From Desulfobacterales bacterium (lineage in GTDB: Bacteria > Desulfobacterota > Desulfobacteria > Desulfobacterales > JAHEIW01), in contig JARRJQ010000059.1 in the NCBI GenBank assembly GCA_037388985.1, positions 1-32,949 on the forward strand: a stretch of DNA of 32,949 bases, given 5' to 3'. The notes below the pieces were generated by a model. The model was not told the origin of the DNA. It saw nothing but the letters and a program-made list of their open reading frames with translations, and searched no databases. Shown here in pieces: positions 1 to 8,814 of this stretch (positions are counted from its first letter, which is position 1; every line of letters starts with the position of its first letter). The position numbers and the translations under genes were made by a program.

Positions 1-1326
1 AATCGAGTCGTTTCGATCAATTAAAAGTTTGATAAAGGAAAAATTACCCGGCAGAAAGAACACCGGCAACGCCGCCATCATGAAAAAAACATTGCGGTAG
101 TTCAATGCTCGAATGAGCTCGTAAGAAATCGGCAAATTGCTCAGCGTGAACATGTTCGCTAAAAATCCGATTCCTTGAGAGAGGCTTTCTGCACGGAAAA
201 TTACCCAACCGACCACAACGATGATCATCGTCACGAACCGCCGGATGACGAAATGTTTCTGCGGGGGTAGGTCACGGACACGGGTAACCCGTTCGCTGAT
301 TAAAAATAGGCCATGATAAATGCCCCACACTAGAAATGTCCAGTTTGCTCCATGCCAGAGTCCGCATAGGACACTGACCACGGCCGTATTGAGACAGGCT
401 CTGGCGGTCCCCCGGCGGTTGCCACCCAGGGGAATATAGAGATAGTCTCTAAACCAGCGGCTCAGTGTCATGTGCCAGCGACGCCAAAAATCGGTAATGC
501 AAACGGCAGAATAGGGACGATTGAAATTTTCCGGAATTGAAAAACCAAACAGCATTCCCAGGCCGATGGCCATATCGGAATACGCGGAAAAATCGAAATA
601 AATCTGAAGCGTATAGGCAATTGCACCGAGCCAGGCGGTTTTTGTATCAAGCAGATGCGGGTTGAGGCCGAAAATAACGTCTGTGATCTGTCCGCAGGAA
701 TTGGCAATGATCACTTTTTTTGCCAGGCCCCAGCAAAAGCGCATCGTTCCGTTAAAGAAATTATCCCACGATTCCCGGCGCTGCGTGAGCTGACGTCTGA
801 TCTGGCTGAAACGGACGATCGGCCCGGCGATTAACTGGGGAAACATGGCGATATAAAGGGCGAAGTCCACAGCGTTTTCAAGCGCGCGGCTTTTTCCGCG
901 ATAAACGTCGATAATATAGCTGAGCTTTTGAAATGTGAAAAATGAAATCCCGATGGGCAGAATAACTGCATTCCATTCGATTGAAGCAATTTTCAGCCCT
1001 GAAAGGAAACTATTTAACTGACCGATAAAAAAATTGGCGTACTTAAAATAGGCCAGAAGACCCAGATTAAGCAGCAGCGAAAGACAGAGCCACAGTGTCT
1101 TGTATTGGATTTTGCGGTCGATCAGGAGCCCCAGCACATAATCGGCCAACGTGGACAGGATTAGAATCAGAAGAAAACCGGCGGCTCCGTATAAATAAAA
1201 TAGGTAGCTGAAGAAAAGAAGAACTGCATTGCGCAGCTTGTTGGCAACTAAGAATTGCTGTCCAAAATAAAAAATGATAACAGCCGGTAGAAAGGCGAAA
1301 AGAAAAATAGTGCTTGAAAATACCAT
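1..1326 (-). CDS. MBOAT-family membrane O-acyltransferase (AlgI/PatA/DltB-like); C-terminus runs off the window
   Basis: Absent from the ORF track because it has no in-window stop. Manual translation of the minus strand from the ATG at 1326-1324 gives an uninterrupted 442-codon frame down to position 1: MVFSSTIFLFAFLPAVIIFYFGQ...FQKLSYIIDVYRG...FPQLIAGPIVRF...ITDFWRRWHMTLSRWFRDYLYIPLGGNR...LWHGANW. FWRRWHM(T/S)LS and the following WHG histidine are MBOAT hallmarks. Track ORFs 468..707 and 1067..1339 are out-of-frame shadows. Confidence 0.85.
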   Translation of the reverse strand, partial: MVFSSTIFLFAFLPAVIIFYFGQQFLVANKLRNAVLLFFSYLFYLYGAAGFLLILILSTLADYVLGLLIDRKIQYKTLWLCLSLLLNLGLLAYFKYANFFIGQLNSFLSGLKIASIEWNAVILPIGISFFTFQKLSYIIDVYRGKSRALENAVDFALYIAMFPQLIAGPIVRFSQIRRQLTQRRESWDNFFNGTMRFCWGLAKKVIIANSCGQITDVIFGLNPHLLDTKTAWLGAIAYTLQIYFDFSAYSDMAIGLGMLFGFSIPENFNRPYSAVCITDFWRRWHMTLSRWFRDYLYIPLGGNRRGTARACLNTAVVSVLCGLWHGANWTFLVWGIYHGLFLISERVTRVRDLPPQKHFVIRRFVTMIIVVVGWVIFRAESLSQGIGFLANMFTLSNLPISYELIRALNYRNVFFMMAALPVFFLPGNFSFIKLLIDRNDSI

Positions 1327-1338
1327 ATATCCATATCA

Positions 1339-2280
1339 TCAGGGCTGGTGCAATGCAAAAACGTGTTCGTTGCCCTTGCGCCCTTTAATCGAGACGGTTC
1401 CAAGGTCCTTCAGCGCGAGGGCGTTGCGCACCAGTTCGGCTGTCTGCGAGCAGATCACTATTTTTTCGGGTAGTTCTTTATTGGCCATACCGGATAAACG
1501 GAAGGCCAGATTGGTGCAATCACCGACCAGTGCGAGGTCCGTTGCACGGGAGCCATAATGGGACAGGGTAACCTTGCCGGTTGTTATCCCCCATCCCATC
1601 TGCAAATTATCAGCTGCCATATTTTTGCCGGATAATTTGGTCCGTATCTGGTCGATGGTTTGGGTCTGTTCGATTGCGGCCTGACAGGCCAGAACCGCCT
1701 GCTGGTTTATCGGTTCAATATGATGATCCCAAAAGGCGTAAACAGCGTCTCCGGCATAATCTTTAATCGTGCCCTTAAATCGATATACGATGGTGTTAAA
1801 CGCATCGATTATCTCCTTCATCAGCGCATATACATCTGATGACGCTTGGGCCTGGGAGAAAGTTGAAAACCCCCTGACATCCGCAACCACATTGGTAACG
1901 ACTACCTCCGTTGGGGTCACCATTGTTCCATCGGTTAAGATGGCCCGATCCCGACCAACGGTCACATCTGTCGAGGCAAACACCTTAAAGGAAATCCCTC
2001 CTAAACTAATAATGTCTTGATTGACCAGTTCACAGGATGCACCGGCTGCCAAACGGATTCCGTTTATCCAGGTACCGTTTTTACTCATATCCTTAATTTT
2101 AATCGCTTTATCATGGCGACTTATGACCGCATGATCTCTGGACACCTGGGCATTGCGCACCAGAATCCTTTTTTGAGGATCCACACCTTTGCAGCTTCTC
2201 CCAATAAAGATTTTATCGATAATTGTCAAACGTTGGATGTGTTGGTTTTCATCCATCCATTCCAAATAAGGGTCTGACAT
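1339..2280 (-). CDS. FHA domain fused to class III adenylate/guanylate cyclase catalytic domain
   Basis: The N-terminal ~100 aa carry FHA signatures (FIGRS...VSRDHAVIS...DMSKNGTWINGIRL). The C-terminal half carries cyclase signatures (VVADVRGFSTF, YAGDAVYAFW, LVGDCTNLAFRLSGMA with Asn/Arg). Confidence 0.85.
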   Translation of the reverse strand: MSDPYLEWMDENQHIQRLTIIDKIFIGRSCKGVDPQKRILVRNAQVSRDHAVISRHDKAIKIKDMSKNGTWINGIRLAAGASCELVNQDIISLGGISFKVFASTDVTVGRDRAILTDGTMVTPTEVVVTNVVADVRGFSTFSQAQASSDVYALMKEIIDAFNTIVYRFKGTIKDYAGDAVYAFWDHHIEPINQQAVLACQAAIEQTQTIDQIRTKLSGKNMAADNLQMGWGITTGKVTLSHYGSRATDLALVGDCTNLAFRLSGMANKELPEKIVICSQTAELVRNALALKDLGTVSIKGRKGNEHVFALHQP

Positions 2281-2392
2281 ATGTTGGCCTTAGATGTTCG
2301 GTGTTTTAGCCAAATTCGAACGTACCGGAAAAACCGATGCACACCCATTATTTCCGGGAATGTGAACGTCATAGGCGGTTTTTAGGACGGCT

Positions 2393-3121
2393 TCAAATGA
2401 TGGCAACCAAAACGACGGTAATATTATCGTATCCGCCGGCCGCTTTGGCTTTCTCGATCAGTTCTTCGGCTTTGCTTTGGATGTGGATATCGGCGCTCAC
2501 GATACTTTGGATCTGATCATCTGATATCATATCGGTCAGACCGTCTGAACAGAGTAGAAACAGATCTTCCGGGTACGTTTTTCCCGTTAACAGATCGATG
2601 GTCAACTCTTCTTTTATGCCAACTGCACGGAGGATGAGATTGCGCATCGGGTGATGTTTGATTTGGTCTGCAGATATCAGACCCTCTTGCAGCTGCTGCT
2701 GAACGAACGTATGGTCCTGGGTGAGTTGCTTGAGCTGTCCATCCCTTAACCGATAGGTGCGGCTGTCCCCGATATGACCGAGAATGAAACCCTCATCAAA
2801 GAATGCCAGAAGTTCAGCGGTACAGCCCATCCCCTGGTGATCCGGATGGTAAGCGACATGTTCTAGAATTTTTTGATTGGCGTGGCTATAGGCTTTGTGA
2901 ACCCGATATAAGATTTCCTTTTCCGAGCGGCTGGTATTATTTGAAAAAATTTCAAAAGCTGCCTCAGCAAAAATTTTGCTGGCGACCTCGCCTGCGGCTG
3001 CGCCACCCATGCCGTCGGCGGCAAGGTAGAAATCCAGCTCGGGATTCAGGGAAAATTCATCCTCATTATTTTCACGTTTGAGCCCGGTATCGGTTTTGCC
3101 GGCGAAAATTTTATGGGGCAT
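2393..3121 (-). CDS. PP2C-family Ser/Thr protein phosphatase
   Basis: Motifs GKTDTGLKRENNEDEF, AADGMGG, LLCSDGLTD and GGYDNITVV. RBS AGAGGAG lies upstream of the ATG at 3121. Confidence 0.9.
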   Translation of the reverse strand: MPHKIFAGKTDTGLKRENNEDEFSLNPELDFYLAADGMGGAAAGEVASKIFAEAAFEIFSNNTSRSEKEILYRVHKAYSHANQKILEHVAYHPDHQGMGCTAELLAFFDEGFILGHIGDSRTYRLRDGQLKQLTQDHTFVQQQLQEGLISADQIKHHPMRNLILRAVGIKEELTIDLLTGKTYPEDLFLLCSDGLTDMISDDQIQSIVSADIHIQSKAEELIEKAKAAGGYDNITVVLVAII

Positions 3122-3144
3122 TTTAAACTCCTCTGGTTTGCATC

Positions 3145-4794
3145 CTACTTTATCTGAGAGGAGTTGTTATTGGCCTTAAAGCTTTTTTTCATGAAATCCG
3201 CCAGATCGGTAGCGTCAAAGACTATTTTTTGCTCTTTCTTGAACGTCGCCAGATCCGTGTATACGGCCCCAGCGCTCTGATATCTCAAATTTTTCTGTTT
3301 CTCCAGGCATTTCATGACAATGCGATTTAATTCCTCCGGAATATCAGATATTAAATTGCACAGCGGTTCGATATCCATTTGCGGGATCATGCGAATCGCC
3401 TCGACATCGCTGCTAAAGGGGTACACTCTTTTTCCGCTAAGTGTTTCATAAAAAACCAGTCCGAGGGCATAAATATCGGCTCTATGGTCAATAGACTCGC
3501 CCAACGCCTGTTCGGGCGACAGATAAGCCAGCTTGCCCTTGACGACACCGGCCTGGGTTAAACTCGGTTCGGACCTTGCTTTTGAAATTCCAAAATCGCT
3601 TATTTTGACTTCGCCCTGATATGAAATAAGCAGGTTTTGAGGGCTGATATCACGGTGAACGATCTTAAAGGGCTCTCCGGTATTTTCGTCCTTCTTATTA
3701 TGCGAATAATCAAGCCCCTTGCATATTTGTGAGATAATAAAAATGGCTCGTTCAATCGATAGGCCATGTTTCAATGTCGAGAGAATTTCTCCCAGACTTT
3801 TGCCATCTATATATTCCATAGCAATGAAATACGCATTTTCAATGTTTCCGTAATCAAATATCTGGACGATATTCGGATGCTGCAAAAGTGCGGCAACCCG
3901 GGCTTCGCGGGTAAACATTTTGACAAAATCCGGGTTTCCGGCGAGGTGAGGTAAAATTCGTTTAACCGCCACCTTCCTGCGAAAGCCGTCTTCACGCACA
4001 TAATCGGCCAAAAACAACTCGGCCATCCCGCCGCGGGCTATCTTTCGATGTAAAACGTAAGGACCGATCCGGTCCATTTTTTCGATATTCTCTCTGAGCT
4101 TAATTGCCTTGACCTTGCTGCTGTGATTCAACCAGAATATAGCAACGCCCAGCAAAATGAGCGTGAGGATTATCCCGGATATATAGAACGCCCGCAATCG
4201 ACTCAGGTCGCTATTCAACTGAGCCGTTGAAAGCGCAAGGCAAACCTTTCCAATTTCGACATCTGAAAAAACAATTTTTTTCAAAAATGCGAAAACCGCT
4301 GTCTTGTCCGGTAAAATCCCTGAAGTAATCCTGATGCCATCCACGGTGTCGATGAGTTTTTCGTGCTGCAAAGGATCTAATGGCTGATTGATCATTTCCG
4401 TGTTTGTATGAGCCAGTATAATATTTTTATGATCAGCAATTGCAGCGAACTTGAAATTTTTTATATGGCTCAATTCTTTGATGGCGACATTGAGCGATAA
4501 GATATCTTTTTCTAGAACAAAGGGTCCGCTTTTGGATTCAAGGTTGTTGGCTTCGGAAAGTCCCAGCTGGAAAAATGCATTGCTTTGGCGTTCAACTGTG
4601 GTGTGATAAAATAACCACCCGGCAAAATTGATCAGCAGCCAAATAACTAGAAAAATGACGAGTTGATTCCGGTTGCGCTCGATAAATTGTATCTTCGTAA
4701 TGCGCTTCATTCTCCGCGCTACTTTAGTAAATGTACTCGTTGAAATTTCTTTTACTTTCAGCGCAGTCATCGTAGCTATATTACTGACAAGCAT
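3145..4794 (-). CDS. Membrane Ser/Thr protein kinase with an N-terminal TM / periplasmic sensor-like domain / TM and a C-terminal Hanks-type kinase domain
   Basis: Kinase motifs IARGGMAELF (G-loop), VAVKRI, HRDISPQNLL, ISDFGISK and AYLSPEQ. Two hydrophobic segments (LVIFLVIWLLINFAGWLF and ISGIILTLILLGVAIFWL) bracket a ~150-aa domain. A strong RBS (AAGGAGGG) lies 5-6 nt before the ATG at 4794. Confidence 0.9.
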   Translation of the reverse strand: MLVSNIATMTALKVKEISTSTFTKVARRMKRITKIQFIERNRNQLVIFLVIWLLINFAGWLFYHTTVERQSNAFFQLGLSEANNLESKSGPFVLEKDILSLNVAIKELSHIKNFKFAAIADHKNIILAHTNTEMINQPLDPLQHEKLIDTVDGIRITSGILPDKTAVFAFLKKIVFSDVEIGKVCLALSTAQLNSDLSRLRAFYISGIILTLILLGVAIFWLNHSSKVKAIKLRENIEKMDRIGPYVLHRKIARGGMAELFLADYVREDGFRRKVAVKRILPHLAGNPDFVKMFTREARVAALLQHPNIVQIFDYGNIENAYFIAMEYIDGKSLGEILSTLKHGLSIERAIFIISQICKGLDYSHNKKDENTGEPFKIVHRDISPQNLLISYQGEVKISDFGISKARSEPSLTQAGVVKGKLAYLSPEQALGESIDHRADIYALGLVFYETLSGKRVYPFSSDVEAIRMIPQMDIEPLCNLISDIPEELNRIVMKCLEKQKNLRYQSAGAVYTDLATFKKEQKIVFDATDLADFMKKSFKANNNSSQIK

Positions 4795-4824
4795 GGATCC
4801 CTCCTTGCACCTCGCTATTGATTA

Positions 4825-5700
4825 TCAGGTGGCCAGTTTGCTGATTATTGCGGCGCAGCGCAATATGACCTGGCGTCTAATAGATGAGAAATCCTTTGTT
4901 TTTGCGGGTTTTTGCAAATCTTTTTTTGGGGAATCAATGACGTCCACATGATGCGGCCCCTGTTTCGAAACCCCGCTTTTTAAAAATTTATCCAAATTTG
5001 ATGCACTGAATAGTCTGGCAGATTGCGATTTCTGGGAGCCGCAAAGTGGACAAATGACCAGGGCTTTTTTTGAGTTGGACATGTTTCCGGCATTTGCATG
5101 CTTTAAATCAAAATACCGAACAAGCCAGGTCTTGATCGACGCGTAGCGCAAAAATACAATCAGTACCAATAACAGGATAGAGCTGCAGACGGCTACAATT
5201 GTGAATTGCTTTCGGGTCTGAAACGATTGGGGAGTAGATAAGCCAATGAAAATCTCTCCGATTTTTGTGCCGGCGTAAATTATGTCTGACGCAAAGTTAA
5301 GAATTTTAGCATGGCTTGCAAAGCCTCCCTCCCAAATCGACACTTTTTCCACAGAACGGGTCGTATCGGTCATATCCGGCATAAGATGACCGGTTCCGGT
5401 AAATGCGACAACCTTATTGCGATGATCAACCACCGAGGCATAAACGACATTGGCTTGATTGGCGGCGTCGGTCAGCAAGTTGTGAATTGACTGGGAATTT
5501 TTTTCGAGAAGCGGCAGGCTGACGCGGCTGGAAAAGGTATTTGTAATTTCAACTCCTGATTTTCTTAACTGGTCTTTGAGGTGATTTACGCGCAGGGTGA
5601 TAATCGAGTAAACGATCAGCATTGCAAGCCACCAGAAAACCAGAATGAGAATCAAGTTGCGGTCGCTTAAACGTTTGCTTAATCGCTGGATCAAATCCAT
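4825..5700 (-). CDS. Membrane protein whose TM-bracketed sensor-like domain is paralogous to the N-terminal half of the adjacent kinase; cytoplasmic tail contains CPLCG
   Basis: TM segments LILVFWWLAMLIVYSIITL and IVAVCSSILLLVLIVFL. Internal similarity to the kinase ectodomain: NVVYASVVDHRNKVVAFTG / KFAAIADHKNIILAHTN, and KIGEIFIGLSTPQ / EIGKVCLALSTAQ. No recognisable enzymatic output domain. Confidence 0.6.
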   Translation of the reverse strand: MDLIQRLSKRLSDRNLILILVFWWLAMLIVYSIITLRVNHLKDQLRKSGVEITNTFSSRVSLPLLEKNSQSIHNLLTDAANQANVVYASVVDHRNKVVAFTGTGHLMPDMTDTTRSVEKVSIWEGGFASHAKILNFASDIIYAGTKIGEIFIGLSTPQSFQTRKQFTIVAVCSSILLLVLIVFLRYASIKTWLVRYFDLKHANAGNMSNSKKALVICPLCGSQKSQSARLFSASNLDKFLKSGVSKQGPHHVDVIDSPKKDLQKPAKTKDFSSIRRQVILRCAAIISKLAT

Positions 5701-5941
5701 TTGATAGTTTGCCCCCTTAGTTTAAAAGGCAATCGTTCACTGATTGCCGGCACAAATAAGCGGCTGAAGCCGATGGGTTTGATAAGCGCAGCTTTAGCTT
5801 TAAATTTTAACGATTTTAAATTATTATGGTCAAGTACCAAAGTCAAGCAAATTAACTGCCGGAAATTTTTATGATTTGCGGGTTTGAAGCGTCAAAAGCG
5901 CTTCAGGGCTTCAAAAGCTGGCGCTAAATTCGATATTTGAA

Positions 5942-5971
5942 TTGACAAGCACCCAAAAATCAGCTTTTAAT
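5942..5971 (+). promoter_or_regulatory. Candidate sigma70 promoter for the deacetylase/LysM-TPR operon
   Basis: TTGACA (5942-5947), an 18-nt spacer, then TTTAAT (5966-5971). It lies about 100 nt upstream of the RBS-supported start at 6072. Confidence 0.3.
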
Positions 5972-6071
5972 GATGGTTATTCGAATTATTCAGCACAGAT
6001 TGGTGGATTTCTGCGCGCACCTTTTTCGACAAATGGTGATTTTTCGGCTCATCTCATATCCGAGGACGATT

Positions 6072-7121
6072 ATGTACCCTGGCCTTATTTCTCTACCTCT
6101 GACCGATCGGTGCTCAAATATCCATAAAATTTTATTTCTTATTATGCTCTTTGTCATAGGATCAACAGCTTTTTGGTCGTGTGCACCGACCCGAGCAGTT
6201 ACTGAACCTTCAGCGGAAAGGCTTTTTCGTTCCAAAGACTATGTTGTTTATCAACTGCAGGACAATGAGACATCGGCTGAGCTTGCTGAAAGATTTTTGG
6301 GGGGCAACAGCCAATCATGGATAATCGAAGAAGCCAATCCGGGGATTATTTTTAAAAGAGGCGCTGCGATCGTGATTCCGCTGAAAGATAGAAACAGAGC
6401 AGGGCTGAGCCCGGAAGGATTTCAGACCATACCGGTACTGACCTATCATCGGTTTGCAGAAAATTGCGACTCTCCGCTCTGTATGCCGGCAGCTACATTT
6501 GAGCTTCAAATGCAATATCTGAAGAACAATGGGTATCACGCGATTACAGCCGAGCAATTGCTTGCCTTTCTCGAATACCGTGAGAGACTGCCGGAAAAAT
6601 CTGTGCTCATCACTATGGATGACGGATATCGTTCCGTATATGAAATCGCATATCCGATTCTCAAAAAATACGGGTTTACCGCAACCCTGTTTATCTATAC
6701 GAGTTTTGTAGGTGCTTCACGAATGGCGATCACCTGGGAGCAACTTAAAGAGATGCAGAGGAGCGGATTTACGATTGGCTCTCATTCCATTTATCACAGC
6801 GACCTCACCCGGCTAAAAGAAGGAGAAACGGAACAGGAATATCTTGCGCGGATCAAAGAGGAACTTTATGGATCTAAAAAAATTATCGATCAAAAATTGG
6901 GCCAGAACACATATATTTTTGCGTATCCGTTTGGCTATTATGATCAAAGATCGATCCAAACCGCTCGAGAAGCGGGCTATAAAATTGCAATGTCAGTAAA
7001 AAGGGGCGGTAACCCTTTTTTCGCCAATCCTTTGACATTAAGAAGAGACCAGATCCTGAAAAAGGATATGCAAACTTTTATCTCCAGACTGAAAACTTTT
7101 AACGCTCTTTCTTTAAAGTGA
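6072..7121 (+). CDS. LysM-domain polysaccharide deacetylase (NodB/CE4 family), probable lipoprotein
   Basis: The track ORF starts at 5970, but GAGGA (6062-6066) precedes the ATG at 6072. This gives a signal-peptide-like N-terminus ending AFWSC. A LysM-like segment is present (YVVYQLQDNETSAELAERFLG...GAAIVIP). CE4 motifs are TMDDGY and SHSIYHSD. Confidence 0.8.
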   Translation: MYPGLISLPLTDRCSNIHKILFLIMLFVIGSTAFWSCAPTRAVTEPSAERLFRSKDYVVYQLQDNETSAELAERFLGGNSQSWIIEEANPGIIFKRGAAIVIPLKDRNRAGLSPEGFQTIPVLTYHRFAENCDSPLCMPAATFELQMQYLKNNGYHAITAEQLLAFLEYRERLPEKSVLITMDDGYRSVYEIAYPILKKYGFTATLFIYTSFVGASRMAITWEQLKEMQRSGFTIGSHSIYHSDLTRLKEGETEQEYLARIKEELYGSKKIIDQKLGQNTYIFAYPFGYYDQRSIQTAREAGYKIAMSVKRGGNPFFANPLTLRRDQILKKDMQTFISRLKTFNALSLK

Positions 7122-7128
7122 GAAAACA

Positions 7129-8814
7129 ATGAAAACTAAAGCAGGAATTGTCGGCATCATCATCTTGTTTGTCTGGGCAGGCGGGTGCGCGACATTCGGC
7201 ACCAAGTCGCCGAAACAGCTTGCCGACGAATATACGGCAAAAGCACAGCAATACGAAGCAAAAAGTGATCTTGTTGCGGCCTTAGAGCAATACAAACTCG
7301 TTCTGACGGTTGATCCTGAAAATCAATTGGCCCAGCAAAAAAGAAAAGCGATCGAGCCGCAACTCAACAAGCTGGCCGAGGAGCACTATCAAGCCGGGTT
7401 AAAGTTCTATCGCCAGGGCCAATACCGTCCGGCACGCAAAGAGTTTCTGACTGCACTGCGATATAATCCGGATCACAAGCAGGCCAAAGACATTTTGACC
7501 GGCACAAAAAAAGAGCTGGAGCACGTCAACAGGTATATTGTGCATACCATTCAAGGGGATGAAACCATCTCAACTTTAGCTGAACGGTATTACGGAGACT
7601 ATCGAAAGTTTCATCTCATTGCTGAGTACAATGAACTGGAGGATGCCACCAAGGTTACCGTCGGTGAGCAGATTAAGATTCCCGTTATTGAAGGAATGCC
7701 GATCATTGCGAATCCGGCAGATATTCAGACCGTTAGCCCTGCGCCGGCTAGCGCCGTGCCCGGTGAAGTTATCATCGCAAAAAGATTCATCACTCACATC
7801 GTTCAGCCGGAAGAGAGTCTTTCAAAACTGGCCTTGATGTATTATGGCGACTACAGCAAGTATGATCTCATCGCCAAATTCAACGACATCAAAAACGATA
7901 GCAGCCTGAGGGTCGGACAGGAGATTAAAATACCTGAAGTCGAGGGGCTGCCCTTTTTGGCCGGTAAAAACGTACAGGAGGCGAAAACGGCCGAAGTATC
8001 TAAAGAATTGACGGCACCTGCGGCGGTAACTGAACAAGCCAAAGAAAAAGAAGCCCTCCAGCCGCAAATGACAGCAGAAGATCAGATGGTTAACTATCGG
8101 GAGCTGGGTATTGAACTTTACAAAGATAAGGAATACGTGGATGCGATCAACGAATTCAATAAGGTTTTAAATGTAAACCCGACCGACTCGATTGCCCTCA
8201 ATTATATGGCGCTTGCTTATTTTGAAAAAGGGCGGAGTTCGTTCGAAAACAAAGCTTACTCTCAGGCGCAGACAGAATTTGAAACTTCCCTTAAATACAA
8301 CAAGACTTGCCCGGAATGCCGGCAATACATTGATAAGATTGAGGAAAAAAACCGCATCAGTCTTCGTGAAGATGCGATCGCTTTATACAATAAAAAAGAA
8401 TTCAAAGATGCGATCGTTAAGTTAGAAGCAGTTGCTCAAGAAAATCCCAAAGATGCTCAAATACAGGACTACCTTGCCAAGTCCCATTTCCAACAGGGAT
8501 TGATTCTATTCGGCAAAGAAGACTATCTAGCCGCCAGAGACCAATTCAAAGCTTCCCTGAAATACGATAAAAAATGTGACCAATGTGAAAAAAATATACA
8601 GAAATGCGAAAATACTTATAAAGAGGTTCATTACGATAAAGGACTGGCAAACTTCGGGGATCAAAAATTAGCCGAAGCTATTGCTGAATGGGAGTCTGTT
8701 TCAGCACTCGATCCGGATTTCAAAGATGTAAAAAAGAATCTAACAAAGGCTAGAGATCTTTTAGAGCGTCTTGAAAGCATCAGACGCAGCAAGACAGAAG
8801 AAAACAAAAATTAG
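7129..8814 (+). CDS. Lipoprotein with two LysM domains and multiple TPR-like repeats, including a duplicated TPR-CxxC module
   Basis: Signal peptide with lipobox (IIILFVWAGGC). Two LysM copies: YIVHTIQGDETISTLAERYYGDYRKFHLIAEYN...GEQIKIP and FITHIVQPEESLSKLALMYYGDYSKYDLIAKFN...GQEIKIP. Repeated helical modules end in SLKYNKTCPECRQYIDKIEE and SLKYDKKCDQCEKNIQKCE. Confidence 0.8.
   Translation: MKTKAGIVGIIILFVWAGGCATFGTKSPKQLADEYTAKAQQYEAKSDLVAALEQYKLVLTVDPENQLAQQKRKAIEPQLNKLAEEHYQAGLKFYRQGQYRPARKEFLTALRYNPDHKQAKDILTGTKKELEHVNRYIVHTIQGDETISTLAERYYGDYRKFHLIAEYNELEDATKVTVGEQIKIPVIEGMPIIANPADIQTVSPAPASAVPGEVIIAKRFITHIVQPEESLSKLALMYYGDYSKYDLIAKFNDIKNDSSLRVGQEIKIPEVEGLPFLAGKNVQEAKTAEVSKELTAPAAVTEQAKEKEALQPQMTAEDQMVNYRELGIELYKDKEYVDAINEFNKVLNVNPTDSIALNYMALAYFEKGRSSFENKAYSQAQTEFETSLKYNKTCPECRQYIDKIEEKNRISLREDAIALYNKKEFKDAIVKLEAVAQENPKDAQIQDYLAKSHFQQGLILFGKEDYLAARDQFKASLKYDKKCDQCEKNIQKCENTYKEVHYDKGLANFGDQKLAEAIAEWESVSALDPDFKDVKKNLTKARDLLERLESIRRSKTEENKN

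Noticed and set aside
468-1339. Track ORFs 468..707 and 1067..1339 (minus strand)
   Set aside because: They are out-of-frame relative to the continuous MBOAT reading frame (1326 down to 1), which carries the FWRRWHM motif.
5885-5905. Small hairpin TGAAGCG-N7-CGCTTCA and the duplicated TCAAAAGC in the divergent intergenic region; also the hairpin GGCAATC-N7-GATTGCC at 5728-5748
   Set aside because: These are short stems of a size expected by chance in a 370-bp intergenic region, with no U-run or recognisable operator symmetry.
5970-6071. Upstream start (5970) for the deacetylase, and the 11127 TTG start for serA
   Set aside because: The extra N-terminal residues have no signal-peptide or family character. 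Internal ATGs at 6072 and 11148 are preceded by good RBS sequences and give family-typical N-termini.
7129-8814. FimV/HubP-like link (a LysM plus TPR protein controlling a cyclase)
   Set aside because: This protein is a predicted lipoprotein lacking the transmembrane and cytoplasmic architecture of FimV. The similarity is limited to shared generic domains.
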